The notes under the pieces are model-generated. The model was not told the origin of the DNA and did no database searches. It saw only the letters and a list, made by a program, of their open reading frames with translations. Positions 48,998 through 58,961 of a stretch of 64,000 nucleotides of DNA are shown in pieces; positions within the stretch are counted from its first letter, which is position 1, and every line of letters begins with the position of its first letter. The DNA comes from an uncultured Candidatus Saccharibacteria bacterium (GTDB lineage: Bacteria > Patescibacteriota > CALEFQ01). The stretch lies in NCBI GenBank assembly GCA_965230955.1, contig OZ246404.1, positions 500,995 through 564,994 on the forward strand. Reading direction: 5' to 3'. Position numbers and translations under genes: made by a program.

Positions 48998-50936
48998 AGA
49001 AAATGAAATCAGCCTCACTTATCCTTTAGACAAAAAAAGTAAACCGAAGAAATCTCGAAAGAAAATGTGGCTCATCATCGGAGTCGCTGTTTTGATTTTT
49101 GTTATCCTAGGAGTAGTCAGCGGCTATCAGGTCAAAGCCGCCTACGGCTTGATTATGGAAGGCAAGGATCATCTCTCAGCCGTTCAAGATATGGCTATGC
49201 AACAAGACCTGAAAAAGGCCGAGGCGGAAATCCTATTGGCGGAAGAAAAATTTTCCGCCGCCCAGACCAAATTTAATACGGCTCGCTGGGCGGTGATTAT
49301 TCCTTATGTCGGCACCCAAATTTCCGCGGCCGGCACCATTCTGGATGCCGCGGTGGCACTCACGTCGGATATGTCTCGAGCGGTTTCGGCCGGGCTGGAA
49401 ATTTTAGAACCGCTGCAATCATCGGAAACAACCAGTTTTAATCAATTGACTACCGCTCAAAAGAAAGACGCGCTCGATAAGCTGAGTGCTTCCGAACCGA
49501 TGTTTGATCAAATCTCCGCCGACATGGCGAGAATCAGGAAAACCCTGGCGGACATGTCTGATTTTGGAGTCATGGAACAAATCAAATCAGCCAAAAATTT
49601 GATTATTGAGAAACTGCCGATTGCCGAAAGTTTCATAAATGAATTAACACTGGGCGCCAAAATTCTACCGAAAATCGGCGGCCATCCCCAAGAACAACAG
49701 TATTTGTTTGTTTCCCAAAACAACAATGAACTTCGCGCTTCCGGTGGTTTTATCGGAAACATCGGCACAATCAGAATTTACGAAGCCGAGATAAAAGAAT
49801 TCAATACCAAAGGTATTTATAATCTTGATGCCGAAGCACCGGTAAAGATAGAACCGCCGGATTATCTCCGCGAATACCTGAGCGCCTCGACCTGGTTTTT
49901 GCGAGATGCAAACACCTGCGTCGGCTGCGTTGATTTCGGTGTCGCGGCCAGAAAAGTCCTGGAATTTTACAAAATCGAGACCGGCAACGAAAATTTTGAC
50001 GGTGTGATTTCAATTACCCCGACCTTCCTCGAGGATTTACTGAAAATCACCGGTCCGGTCACCGTGCCGGGCTACCCGTATAAATTCGAATCGGCCAATG
50101 TCACCGAAACGATCCAGCAGCACGTCGAATACAATTACGCCCAGATGGGCATCCCGATGGCTGATCGTCAATCGATCGTCAGTGATTTGAGCAATGTTTT
50201 ACTTCAAAAAGTGATGACTTTGCCCAAGGAAAAATGGCTAGATCTTTTCAAAGTTCTTCAGCAGGCCTTCCAGGAAAAACACGCCATGATCTACGCCAAG
50301 AATCCGGCAGCCCAGGCAACCTTGCGAGAGCAAGGCTGGACCTCAGAATTACGCAATGAGTATCCGCAAGATTTCGTGACAATCGCGGACAACAACATGG
50401 CTGCCCTGAAGACCGATCGCGTTATGGATCGAGCGATAAATTATGAAGTGGATTTAACTAATCCCCAGGAACCAACGGCCAAATTACAGATCACCTATAT
50501 CAATAACGGTAAATTTACCAATCTAACTACTCGTTATCGAACCTGGGCTCAAGTTTACGTACCCGCGGGCGCCACTTTGATTTCCTATGAGGGTACTGAG
50601 ATCACCGACAAATCTACCGCCAAAGGCGAATTGCTCGAAGAAATAGACCCCAATTCCGGACGAAAAGTTTGGTCATATTTCAAGTCGATTGAACCGGGAA
50701 CCCAAGAAACGATCACCATTAATTATCGTCTGCCGAAAGATGTCTTGGATAAAAATGCATACGCCTTGCTTTTCCAAAAACAGCCCGGGACGCCACAATT
50801 CAAATTAAATATTGATGTCAAAAGCAACCGCACGCCGAAAGAAGTGTTGCCCGTCGACAACAGCCAGATAGAAACCAATAATGTCTCGTTCGATTCCGAT
50901 CTTTTAATTGATCGCGAATTCCGAGTGACTTACTAA
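48990..50936 (+). CDS. DUF4012 domain membrane-anchored protein
   Basis: N-terminal TM, helical region, QNNNELRASGGFIG, LRDAN, DGVISITP, QKQPGT. Confidence 0.85.
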   Translation: MPEENEISLTYPLDKKSKPKKSRKKMWLIIGVAVLIFVILGVVSGYQVKAAYGLIMEGKDHLSAVQDMAMQQDLKKAEAEILLAEEKFSAAQTKFNTARWAVIIPYVGTQISAAGTILDAAVALTSDMSRAVSAGLEILEPLQSSETTSFNQLTTAQKKDALDKLSASEPMFDQISADMARIRKTLADMSDFGVMEQIKSAKNLIIEKLPIAESFINELTLGAKILPKIGGHPQEQQYLFVSQNNNELRASGGFIGNIGTIRIYEAEIKEFNTKGIYNLDAEAPVKIEPPDYLREYLSASTWFLRDANTCVGCVDFGVAARKVLEFYKIETGNENFDGVISITPTFLEDLLKITGPVTVPGYPYKFESANVTETIQQHVEYNYAQMGIPMADRQSIVSDLSNVLLQKVMTLPKEKWLDLFKVLQQAFQEKHAMIYAKNPAAQATLREQGWTSELRNEYPQDFVTIADNNMAALKTDRVMDRAINYEVDLTNPQEPTAKLQITYINNGKFTNLTTRYRTWAQVYVPAGATLISYEGTEITDKSTAKGELLEEIDPNSGRKVWSYFKSIEPGTQETITINYRLPKDVLDKNAYALLFQKQPGTPQFKLNIDVKSNRTPKEVLPVDNSQIETNNVSFDSDLLIDREFRVTY

Positions 50937-50940
50937 ATTC

Positions 50941-52161
50941 ATGCCTTCAGAACAGCCCAAGCGCCACCTGGCCGTATATTTTTTCATAATTTTCTTATTG
51001 GTTAGTTTCGGAATCGGCATCTGGACCGGTAAGGTTTTGTACTCCGGCAAAAAAGAGACTACTTACGTCGATGTTGTTAATCGCGACACTCCGGATACCA
51101 AAAGTTTGGATTTCAGCCTGTTCTGGCGAGTGTGGGACACCGTCGCCGCCAAGGCCTACAAACAGCCGGTTGATCAGGAAAAAATGTTCTACGGCGCGAT
51201 CAAAGGCCTGGTTTCATCCTTGGGTGACCCTTATTCCTCGTTCCTCGATCCCGCGGAAACCAAAGAATTCAATAAAGAACTCGCCGGGACTCTCGAGGGC
51301 ATCGGCATCGAGATCGGTATCAAGAAGCAAAAACTGACAGTCATTGCTCCAATCGAGGGAACACCGGCCGATCAAGCCGGCCTGCGCGCTGGAGATTGGA
51401 TTTTGAAAATCGGCGATGAACCGACCGTTGACATGACACTGGACACAGCCGTCCAAAAAATTCGCGGCTCCAAAGGAACATCGGTCAAGCTGACTATTTC
51501 CCGAGGCGGTACCGCCGAACCGACCGAACTGGAAATTCCGCGCGATCGGATTACGGTCAAATCGGTAAAATTTAAAATGCTGGATAATAAGATCGCCTAC
51601 ATCGAGCTCAATCAATTCGGCGATGACACTGTTCGCGAATTCGATCGGGCGATACGAGATCTGCAGGCGCAAAATGCTCGAGGATTAATTCTTGACTTGC
51701 GTAATAATCCCGGGGGATTACTGGATGATGCCATCAAAATCGGCGGAGAATTTGTCGAACAAAAAGTCATCGTGAAGGAACGCGATGCCGATGGCGCCAC
51801 TCTTGATTTAAAATCGGAAGGAACCGCCAGGCTCAAAGACCTGCCGGTGGTGGTATTGGTTAATGAGGGGAGCGCGTCCGCTTCCGAAATTTTGGCCGGC
51901 GCCCTGCGCGATCATCGCCAAGTTCCGCTAATCGGCACGAAAACTTTCGGCAAGGGGTCGGTTCAGGATCTGGAAAATTTACCTCAAGAAACAAGTTTGC
52001 GAATCACCGTGACTCACTGGCTCACCCCCAATGGCGGTGAAATAGACGAAAAGGGACTGGAGCCCGATATCAAAATCGAACTGTCCGACGACGATTACAA
52101 CAACGACCGAGATCCTCAGCTGGACAAGGCCAAAGAGATTATCGAGCAAAAGAACCCTTAA
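50941..52161 (+). CDS. ctpA: S41 carboxyl-terminal processing protease with PDZ domain
   Basis: GDPYS, GIGIEI, DLRNNPGG, SASASEI, TFGKGSVQ. Confidence 0.93.
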   Translation: MPSEQPKRHLAVYFFIIFLLVSFGIGIWTGKVLYSGKKETTYVDVVNRDTPDTKSLDFSLFWRVWDTVAAKAYKQPVDQEKMFYGAIKGLVSSLGDPYSSFLDPAETKEFNKELAGTLEGIGIEIGIKKQKLTVIAPIEGTPADQAGLRAGDWILKIGDEPTVDMTLDTAVQKIRGSKGTSVKLTISRGGTAEPTELEIPRDRITVKSVKFKMLDNKIAYIELNQFGDDTVREFDRAIRDLQAQNARGLILDLRNNPGGLLDDAIKIGGEFVEQKVIVKERDADGATLDLKSEGTARLKDLPVVVLVNEGSASASEILAGALRDHRQVPLIGTKTFGKGSVQDLENLPQETSLRITVTHWLTPNGGEIDEKGLEPDIKIELSDDDYNNDRDPQLDKAKEIIEQKNP

Positions 52162-52164
52162 AAC

Positions 52165-52193
52165 TTGTCATTTTTTCGACTTTCGGATATACT
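52165..52193 (+). promoter_or_regulatory. rplI promoter candidate
   Basis: TTGTCA-17 bp-TATACT. Confidence 0.6.
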
Positions 52194-52250
52194 CAATTCA
52201 GTCGAGTTATACATTAACTACGGCGTTATTTTTAAAGTTGTATCAACCGT

Positions 52251-52709
52251 ATGAAAGTCATCTTAGCGCAAACTGTTAAACATTTAGGCTCAAAAAATAC
52301 AATAGTTGATGTCAAAGACGGATACGGACGAAATTTCTTATTGCCCAAAAAGTTGGCCGTTCTGGCCACTCCGGGCGCGATGCGCCACCAGGAAATGCTG
52401 AAAGGCAAAGAATCAAAGGCCGCTATAATGATCGGCGCCAAAGCTAAGGAATTCGCAAAAAAATTAGACGGTCACGTAATCGAAATTTCCGCCAAGGCCG
52501 GCGCCAAAGGAAAGCTTTTCGGATCGGTGACCGCCGAAAAATTAGCCACCGCCGTCAGCCAAGTGTTGGAAACGAAAATCCCGGAAAAAATGATTGAGCT
52601 CAGCGAAGAACTCAAAACTACCGGCCAGCACACCGCCAAACTCAAGCTCAATGCCGACACCGCCGTAACTCTCAGTATCTCCATCACTCCGGAACCAGAA
52701 AAGAAGTAA
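52251..52709 (+). CDS. rplI: 50S ribosomal protein L9
   Basis: MKVIL..V..LG, VKDGYGRNFLLP, GKLFGSVT. Confidence 0.96.
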   Translation: MKVILAQTVKHLGSKNTIVDVKDGYGRNFLLPKKLAVLATPGAMRHQEMLKGKESKAAIMIGAKAKEFAKKLDGHVIEISAKAGAKGKLFGSVTAEKLATAVSQVLETKIPEKMIELSEELKTTGQHTAKLKLNADTAVTLSISITPEPEKK

Positions 52710-52715
52710 TCGACT

Positions 52716-52741
52716 CCCTGCACCCTCCGGTGCAGGGTTTT
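52716..52741 (+). terminator. Intrinsic terminator after rplI
   Basis: CCCTGCACC-CTCC-GGTGCAGGG-TTTT. Confidence 0.75.
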
Positions 52742-52756
52742 GTATAATGCAAATAT

Positions 52757-54397
52757 ATGCCAAAGTCTAAACAAAAGTTTATTTTTATTTCCGGCGGAGT
52801 AATTTCCGGCCTGGGCAAAGGGGTGACCTCGTCAGCCATAGCCAAGATTTTGCAAAGCTATGGACTGCGCGTCACTCAAATCAAGTGCGAGATGTACGTC
52901 AATGTTGATGCGGGAACTATCCGACCGACCGAACACGGCGAAGTCTTTGTCTGCGCCGACGGCACCGAAACCGATCAAGATCTCGGAACCTACGAACGTT
53001 TCTCCGATTTAACACTGGGCAAAGACAATTTTATTACCACCGGCCAAATTTACCAGGCGGTGATTCAACGCGAGCGAAATTTGGAGTACGATGGCGAAGA
53101 CGTCGAAGTTGTGCCCCATGTCCCGTTGGAAATAATCGCTCGGATCAAAAGGGCGGGCCGCAAAGACAAAGCCGACATTGTGATCGTGGAGTTGGGCGGA
53201 ACTGTCGGCGAATATCAGCAAGTGCTGTTTTTGGAAGCGGCCAGAATGCTCAAGCTGGAAGAAAACGGCAACGTGATTAATATTCATATCGCTTACCTGC
53301 CGATTCCGGCCAGTATCGGTGAAATGAAATCGAAGCCGGCTCAATATTCCGTCAAGACTTTGTATTCCGCCGGCATCGTTCCCGATATTTTCATCGGCCG
53401 CGCCGAACGCCCGCTGGATAAACCGCGGATAAATACCTTATCGCGCAACACCGGTATTATCACCAAATCGATTTTTTCCAATCCGGACGTTAAATCAATT
53501 TACGAAGTACCGATCCTGCTAAATCAACAGCGGATAGGGGAGCGTATTCTGGAATTATTCGGCTATCCGAAAAATAAGCACCCCCGATTAAAGGATTTCG
53601 AAAAGCTTCTACGGGTGATAAAATCTCCCAAACCGGCGGTCAAGATCGCGATTGTGGGCAAGTATTTCGATACCGGTAATTTTGCCCTGGCGGATTCATA
53701 CGTTTCCGTTATTGAGGCCATCAAACACGCCTGTTGGCACTTTCAACGCGAACCAAAAATTCAGTGGATAAATTCAAAAGATTACGAAAAAGATCCCCGG
53801 CGCGTCAAAGAACTCTCGGAATTTGACGGGGTGATCATCCCCGGCGGTTTCGGAAAATCCGGGGTGGAAGGCAAGATTAAAGCAATAAAATACCTGCGCG
53901 AGAACAAAATTCCGTACCTGGGCTTGTGCTACGGCCTGCAAATGGCCGTGATTGAGTTTTCCAGAAATGTCTGCGGCTTCAAACGGGCGCATACGACCGA
54001 AGTCGACCCCAAAACCAGCTACCCGGTTATCGACATTTTGCCGGAGCAAAAAGAAAAACTGGCTCACAAGCAATATGGCGCCACCATGCGTCTCGGCGAC
54101 CACAAGGCCGTCCTCGAGCCCCAGACAATAGTGTCCCAAGCTTATGGTAAACGGGTTATAACCGAACGGCACCGCCACCGGTATGAAGTCAATCCTAAAT
54201 ACATCAAGAAACTGGAAGCGAAGGGCGCGATTTTTTCGGGCAAATCACCGGACCGTCGGTTAATGGAATTTTTCGAACTCGCCAAAAGCCAGCATCCTTT
54301 CTTTGTCAGTACCCAGGCTCATCCGGAATTTCTCTCTCGGCCCACCGTACCGCATCATCTCTTTCGAGAATTCATTAAAGCCAGCATGAAAGATTAA
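52757..54397 (+). CDS. pyrG: CTP synthase
   Basis: GGVISGLGKG, HGEVFV..DG.ETD.DLG.YERF, GLCYG, ERHRHRYEVN, HPEF. Confidence 0.97.
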   Translation: MPKSKQKFIFISGGVISGLGKGVTSSAIAKILQSYGLRVTQIKCEMYVNVDAGTIRPTEHGEVFVCADGTETDQDLGTYERFSDLTLGKDNFITTGQIYQAVIQRERNLEYDGEDVEVVPHVPLEIIARIKRAGRKDKADIVIVELGGTVGEYQQVLFLEAARMLKLEENGNVINIHIAYLPIPASIGEMKSKPAQYSVKTLYSAGIVPDIFIGRAERPLDKPRINTLSRNTGIITKSIFSNPDVKSIYEVPILLNQQRIGERILELFGYPKNKHPRLKDFEKLLRVIKSPKPAVKIAIVGKYFDTGNFALADSYVSVIEAIKHACWHFQREPKIQWINSKDYEKDPRRVKELSEFDGVIIPGGFGKSGVEGKIKAIKYLRENKIPYLGLCYGLQMAVIEFSRNVCGFKRAHTTEVDPKTSYPVIDILPEQKEKLAHKQYGATMRLGDHKAVLEPQTIVSQAYGKRVITERHRHRYEVNPKYIKKLEAKGAIFSGKSPDRRLMEFFELAKSQHPFFVSTQAHPEFLSRPTVPHHLFREFIKASMKD

Positions 54398-54398
54398 A

Positions 54399-54429
54399 AA
54401 AACTGCCCGCCGAGTCGGTGGGCAGTTTT
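54399..54429. terminator. Bidirectional terminator pyrG/rpmA
   Basis: AAAACTGCCCGCCG..CGGTGGGCAGTTTT. Confidence 0.8.
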
Positions 54430-54446
54430 AGTATTGGCCGGAATAA

Positions 54447-54725
54447 TTAAGCAGTTTTCACGCTAACAAAACGAGTCAAACGGAGCAAACCGTTGAACTT
54501 TCTCTTTTTGAGAACTTTAAATTCAATTACGCCGTCAGCCATAGCGAACAAGGTATCATCTTTCCCGCGCTTGACGTTCTTGCCGGGGTGAAATTTTGTG
54601 CCGTGTTGCCGAATGATGATATTGCCTTTTTTGACTTTTTCACCGCCAAAAAGCTTCACGCCTAAACGCTGGCCGGGACTATCTTTTAAGTTTTGGGCGG
54701 TACCGCCCGCTTTTACATGTGCCAT
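54447..54725 (-). CDS. rpmA: 50S ribosomal protein L27
   Basis: [32 protein letters not shown]. Confidence 0.97.
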   Translation of the reverse strand: MAHVKAGGTAQNLKDSPGQRLGVKLFGGEKVKKGNIIIRQHGTKFHPGKNVKRGKDDTLFAMADGVIEFKVLKKRKFNGLLRLTRFVSVKTA

Positions 54726-54758
54726 ATTTGTACGTTACCAACCTGGCTGATTCGCGGA

Positions 54759-56024
54759 TTATTTCCCGAAAACAGCTACCTCACGACCGACAATTTGACG
54801 CGGCCGTTCGTAGAGGAGAGTCCCTCTCGGTTCAGGTTTATAGTTAATAATCTTAGCTAATTCCTCACTAAATAAGCTGACCTGAGTATACCCAAGCTGC
54901 TTGATATTGTCAATAACGGGTAAGAAGTCCCGTTGTCCATCGGTAGAGATGTAATACGGGAGAACTGCCACCACCCGGCCACCGGGAGCCAATAACCGTC
55001 GATACTGCTCAAAAGCTTTGAGATAGAGACGACTTAATTGCCCAAAATACTTAGCCCTTAAATTGGCGTTCGGCACTCGAGAAAGCGGGGGACCCAGCGT
55101 ACCTTCGGTAATTATGGCATCGGCCGTATTGGGATGAAAATGACGTCCCAGAAAATGCACATCAACTTCCTGCATAGCCAAAATACTGGACGGGTTCAGC
55201 TTATATTTAGCTATCAGCCATACCAGATTTTTCTTGGCCAATTTTACCGAGTCCGATGACGCATCGGTACCAATCACTTTATACCCCAGTAATAATGATT
55301 CCTGTAAAATCGTCCCCAGCCCGCAAAAGGGGTCAAACACAACATTGCCGGGCTTCAACTCGGCCAAATTTATCATGATCTGAGCCAGCTTTGGCGGCAA
55401 CATACCTTTTTTTGGATCCGCCACCGGACGCCCGTAATCACGTAATCCGTAATTCTCAAAATCTTGGATAGCGATGGTTTTTCCCAGCGCCAAATAGTGG
55501 TCATCATAGATCACGTCTATTTCCGCCCCGCGCGTCAATAATCTATTCTTGGTCACCACCACCGACGACAACTGCGCCTCATTGCTAACCACCAGCCGGC
55601 TGGAAATCTCGTGTTGCCGCAAACCCTGTTTTAAATCTATACCGAAAGTGCGTAAAAATACTTGTAAATCCTTCGCGCTGTACTTGGCCAATAACGGATA
55701 GACACTGAAACCAAAATCGACTTTTTGCTTTGACTGCGCCAGATACAATTTGACGAGATTCTCAACGGTCACTTCCTCGGTAATAACCTTGCGAATCGAA
55801 GACAGGGAGGGAAAGAACTCGCCAATCAACAGAATGATCTTAATCGTCCCGCCCAGCCGGTTGAGCCATTTCTGAGGTTCCAGTAACGGTTCCGTCAACT
55901 CGATTATAAAAACACCGTTGCCAAAACGGACCGGCTTCCAGCCGGGAAATTTATTGAGGGCAACCGCCAATTCGGCCAAAGAGAGTAGAGGACGATGCCC
56001 CAAAATGAAGGCGTAGCGATACAT
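54759..56024 (-). CDS. Trm11/TrmG10-like RNA methyltransferase (UPF0020 family)
   Basis: GMLPPKLAQIMINLA, VFDPFCGLGTIL, IITEGTLGP. Start ATG 56024. Confidence 0.75.
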   Translation of the reverse strand: MYRYAFILGHRPLLSLAELAVALNKFPGWKPVRFGNGVFIIELTEPLLEPQKWLNRLGGTIKIILLIGEFFPSLSSIRKVITEEVTVENLVKLYLAQSKQKVDFGFSVYPLLAKYSAKDLQVFLRTFGIDLKQGLRQHEISSRLVVSNEAQLSSVVVTKNRLLTRGAEIDVIYDDHYLALGKTIAIQDFENYGLRDYGRPVADPKKGMLPPKLAQIMINLAELKPGNVVFDPFCGLGTILQESLLLGYKVIGTDASSDSVKLAKKNLVWLIAKYKLNPSSILAMQEVDVHFLGRHFHPNTADAIITEGTLGPPLSRVPNANLRAKYFGQLSRLYLKAFEQYRRLLAPGGRVVAVLPYYISTDGQRDFLPVIDNIKQLGYTQVSLFSEELAKIINYKPEPRGTLLYERPRQIVGREVAVFGK

Positions 56025-56079
56025 AAAGGAGGCCTTAATTAACCTCAGTGTAGCTGATATGTCCTGATCTGTAAACCAC

Positions 56080-56119
56080 TTGACAATCATCCTGAAAAAG
56101 ATATACTACATCTAGTATA
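56080..56119 (+). promoter_or_regulatory. Promoter and palindromic operator candidate of the phd-like/iscS/iscU operon
   Basis: TTGACA-16 bp-TATACT; inverted repeat TATACTA-CATC-TAGTATA (56102-56119) overlaps the -10/+1. Confidence 0.6.
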
Positions 56120-56136
56120 ACATTAAACTAATCATC

Positions 56137-56373
56137 ATGCCGCAACAACTGGAAAAATATACCAATCAAAACGAGCTGAAAATCAAAACTAAGGATATCA
56201 TCAACGATACCGCCGGGGGAAATCGTTACATTGTCTTGCGCTATTCGAAACCGGTCGCAGTGCTTTTGGGAATTGAAGAATATTGCAAATTAACCGGGCA
56301 AACACCGAAGAATTGCAATCTATGCCAAAAAGTAATCGGCCAAGCTTTGGCTAAACTAACAAAAAACAAATGA
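56137..56373 (+). CDS. Phd/YefM antitoxin-fold small protein with Cys-containing C-terminus
   Basis: ELKIKTKDIIN..GNRYIVLRYSKPVAVLLGIEEY fits the Phd/YefM DNA-binding pattern; C50, C60, C63; ATGA overlap with iscS. Confidence 0.7.
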   Translation: MPQQLEKYTNQNELKIKTKDIINDTAGGNRYIVLRYSKPVAVLLGIEEYCKLTGQTPKNCNLCQKVIGQALAKLTKNK

Positions 56374-57545
56374 AAAAGATTTACTTAGACCATGCCGCCA
56401 CCACTCCGGTTGATTCCCGAGTTTTGGAAAAAATGCTCCCGTATTTCCAAGGCAAATTCGGTAATGCTTCGTCGGTTCACAGCTTCGGGCAAGAAGCGGC
56501 TCAGGCAGTGGAAAAGGCACGGGAACAGGCCGCCGACTTTCTGGGCGCAAAAAACACCGAGATAATTTTCACCAGCGGTGCGACTGAAGGCAATAACACC
56601 ATTATCAAAACCGTCGCTCGGCAATTGAGACAGCAAAAAGGACTCGATCATTTAATCACTTCCTCCATCGAGCATCACTGTGTTTTGGAAAGCATGCAGG
56701 CGCTGGAAAAAGAAGGTTTTAAGGTCACCTACTTACCGGTAGACAATTCGGGGATTATCGATCCGGAAATTTTCCGACAAGCCCTAACCCCAAAAACCTC
56801 TTTGGCCTCCATAATGTATGCCAATAACGAAGTTGGGACTATCCAACCAATCAAGGAATTGGCCGCCCTGGCCAAGAAAAACCAGGTTCTATTCCACACC
56901 GACGCCGTGCAAGCCGTAAACTATCTGGACTGCCGGGTTGATTACCTGGGAGTGGATTATTTGACGCTATCCGCCCACAAATTTTACGGACCCAAAGGTG
57001 TCGGACTGATTTACCGCCGTACCGGAGCACCGCTGTCGCCATATATCCACGGTGGGGCTCAGGAAAATCATCTGCGCGCCGGAACGTTAAATGTTCCCGG
57101 AATCGTAGGACTGGGCGAAGCGATCGCTCTGACCAAAAACGAACAGTCAGCGCGTACCAAGCATGCCCAAAACTTGCGCGACAAATTAATTACCGATTTA
57201 GAAAAATCCATTCCGGACATAATAATCAATGGCGATCGCCAAAATCGCTTGCCTAATAACGTTAATGTTACGATCAAATACGTGGAAGGCGAGAGCTTAT
57301 TGCTAAGCCTGGATATGCAAGGCCTGGCGGTATCAACCGGATCCGCCTGCTCTTCCGGCTCGCTCGAGCCATCTCATGTTATTCTGGCTCTGGGCGTTCC
57401 CAAGGAATTCAGCCATGGTAGTTTACGGTTTACTTTTGGAAAGGATAATAGCGCCGACGATGTTCTGGCCGTTTTGAAAATTTTGCCGCCCATAGTAACT
57501 CGGCTGAGAAAAATGTCACCAATCGCTCCTTCGAAATATCATTAA
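56370..57545 (+). CDS. iscS: Cysteine desulfurase (IscS/NifS, group I)
   Basis: YLDHAATTP, FTSGATE, HTDAVQ, SAHKFYGPKG, STGSACSS. Confidence 0.95.
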   Translation: MKKIYLDHAATTPVDSRVLEKMLPYFQGKFGNASSVHSFGQEAAQAVEKAREQAADFLGAKNTEIIFTSGATEGNNTIIKTVARQLRQQKGLDHLITSSIEHHCVLESMQALEKEGFKVTYLPVDNSGIIDPEIFRQALTPKTSLASIMYANNEVGTIQPIKELAALAKKNQVLFHTDAVQAVNYLDCRVDYLGVDYLTLSAHKFYGPKGVGLIYRRTGAPLSPYIHGGAQENHLRAGTLNVPGIVGLGEAIALTKNEQSARTKHAQNLRDKLITDLEKSIPDIIINGDRQNRLPNNVNVTIKYVEGESLLLSLDMQGLAVSTGSACSSGSLEPSHVILALGVPKEFSHGSLRFTFGKDNSADDVLAVLKILPPIVTRLRKMSPIAPSKYH

Positions 57546-57555
57546 ATTCAAAAAA

Positions 57556-57936
57556 ATGTACAACCAATATATCATGGACCATTTCAAAAATCCGCGAAAT
57601 CAAGGCGTAATCGATCGACCCGACGGAGAAGGGGAGGCGGGGAATCCAATGTGCGGCGACATGATGCACATATATTTGACGGTGAAAGATAATACTATTG
57701 CAGATATCAAATTTCAAACTCTCGGTTGCGGAGTAGCCATCGCCACCTCCTCAGTCTTAACCACTCTGGCCAAAGGAAAAACTCTGGAAGAGGCAGCCAA
57801 AATCAGCAAAATGGACATTATCAACGCTTTGGGCGGCAAGGATCAAATCCCGGCTCAAAAATTCCATTGCAGTTTGATTGCCGAGGAGGCCTTGAAAAAA
57901 GCCATTATTCAATACCAAAACAAAAAACAGAAATAG
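57556..57936 (+). CDS. iscU: Fe-S cluster scaffold IscU/NifU-N
   Basis: MDHFKNPRN, GNPMCGD, GCG, KFHCS. Confidence 0.95.
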   Translation: MYNQYIMDHFKNPRNQGVIDRPDGEGEAGNPMCGDMMHIYLTVKDNTIADIKFQTLGCGVAIATSSVLTTLAKGKTLEEAAKISKMDIINALGGKDQIPAQKFHCSLIAEEALKKAIIQYQNKKQK

Positions 57937-57940
57937 GGTT

Positions 57941-57969
57941 TTGCGCCGCTGATTGAAAAATGTTATAAT
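57941..57969 (+). promoter_or_regulatory. Promoter candidate for the prsW-like gene
   Basis: TTGCGC-17 bp-TATAAT with TGn extension. Confidence 0.55.
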
Positions 57970-57992
57970 AACCAACAGAAAAATAGGTTCTT

Positions 57993-58955
57993 ATGATGGC
58001 GTCATTTTCTGTTATTTTCTTGGCTGTTTTCCTGGGATTTTCACCGGGTTTGTTTTGGTTATGGTTTTATCGCCAGCGTGACAAAAAGAATCCCGAGCCG
58101 AACAAGTTGATGATCTACCTCTTCTTGGGCGGTATGGCCGCGACAATTCCGGCTGCTTTATTGCAAAAATTAGCCCAAGAATTCATCCCGTCTCAATTCT
58201 TGCTGTGCTTGGACAATTCCTGCAATCTCAATTTTGGCGGAAACGCTCTTTTTTTGCTGGGATTCATGTTTCTGATCGTGGCCCCCAGCGAAGAAATATT
58301 CAAGTTTTTGTTCGCCCGGTGGATCTCGTTTCGCTCAAACTCTTTCGATCAAATCATCGACGGCATCAAATACAGCGTCGCGGTTGCCCTGGGATTTGCT
58401 TCTTTGGAAAACGCTCTCTATCTCATCGGCTCACTGCAAATTGCCGACTTTGACAACGTCGTGTCGACACTTTTGACCCGCTTTTTCATTTCTACCCTGG
58501 CTCACACCCTTTATGCCGGGATCAGCGGATATTACCTCGGCCGCGCTCGTTTTGATACATACAACCGGCGGCGCTTGCTCTGGACCGGTTTAATCTTAGC
58601 GATAATCGCTCACGGAGCCTTCAACTTTATGTTGTATGCCGGGATCGGATTCTATTCGATTCTACTGGTAGCTTTGATTTTTTTGATACTGCTTCAGAAA
58701 TTTCGCAGTAAGGAGTTGACCCGCGTCCAGCAGATTGCCGTCTCAACCGGCAGCCAGCGCATCGCTTCAGCCGCCCTGCCAATAAGCGGAGTGGGGGAAA
58801 AGGGTGTCGATGAACTAATCAAAGCCAGCCGGGAACAATCAGCCGGAATGCAGGTGACGGTGTCGGAATTCTGCCCGCGCTGTTTCAAAAAGAATATCTA
58901 TCATTCAAAATTCTGCCCTAACTGCGGAGAAAAACTCTATATTAAAGTCCGCTAA
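57993..58955 (+). CDS. PrsW-family intramembrane protease with C-terminal zinc ribbon
   Basis: RDKKNPEP, SEEIFK, GFASLEN, AHTLY, AHGAFN; CPRC..CPNCG. Confidence 0.85.
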   Translation: MMASFSVIFLAVFLGFSPGLFWLWFYRQRDKKNPEPNKLMIYLFLGGMAATIPAALLQKLAQEFIPSQFLLCLDNSCNLNFGGNALFLLGFMFLIVAPSEEIFKFLFARWISFRSNSFDQIIDGIKYSVAVALGFASLENALYLIGSLQIADFDNVVSTLLTRFFISTLAHTLYAGISGYYLGRARFDTYNRRRLLWTGLILAIIAHGAFNFMLYAGIGFYSILLVALIFLILLQKFRSKELTRVQQIAVSTGSQRIASAALPISGVGEKGVDELIKASREQSAGMQVTVSEFCPRCFKKNIYHSKFCPNCGEKLYIKVR

Positions 58956-58961
58956 GGAAAA

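Noticed and set aside
56137-56373. Classical type II toxin-antitoxin module
   Set aside because: No toxin ORF on either side; the coupled downstream gene is iscS.
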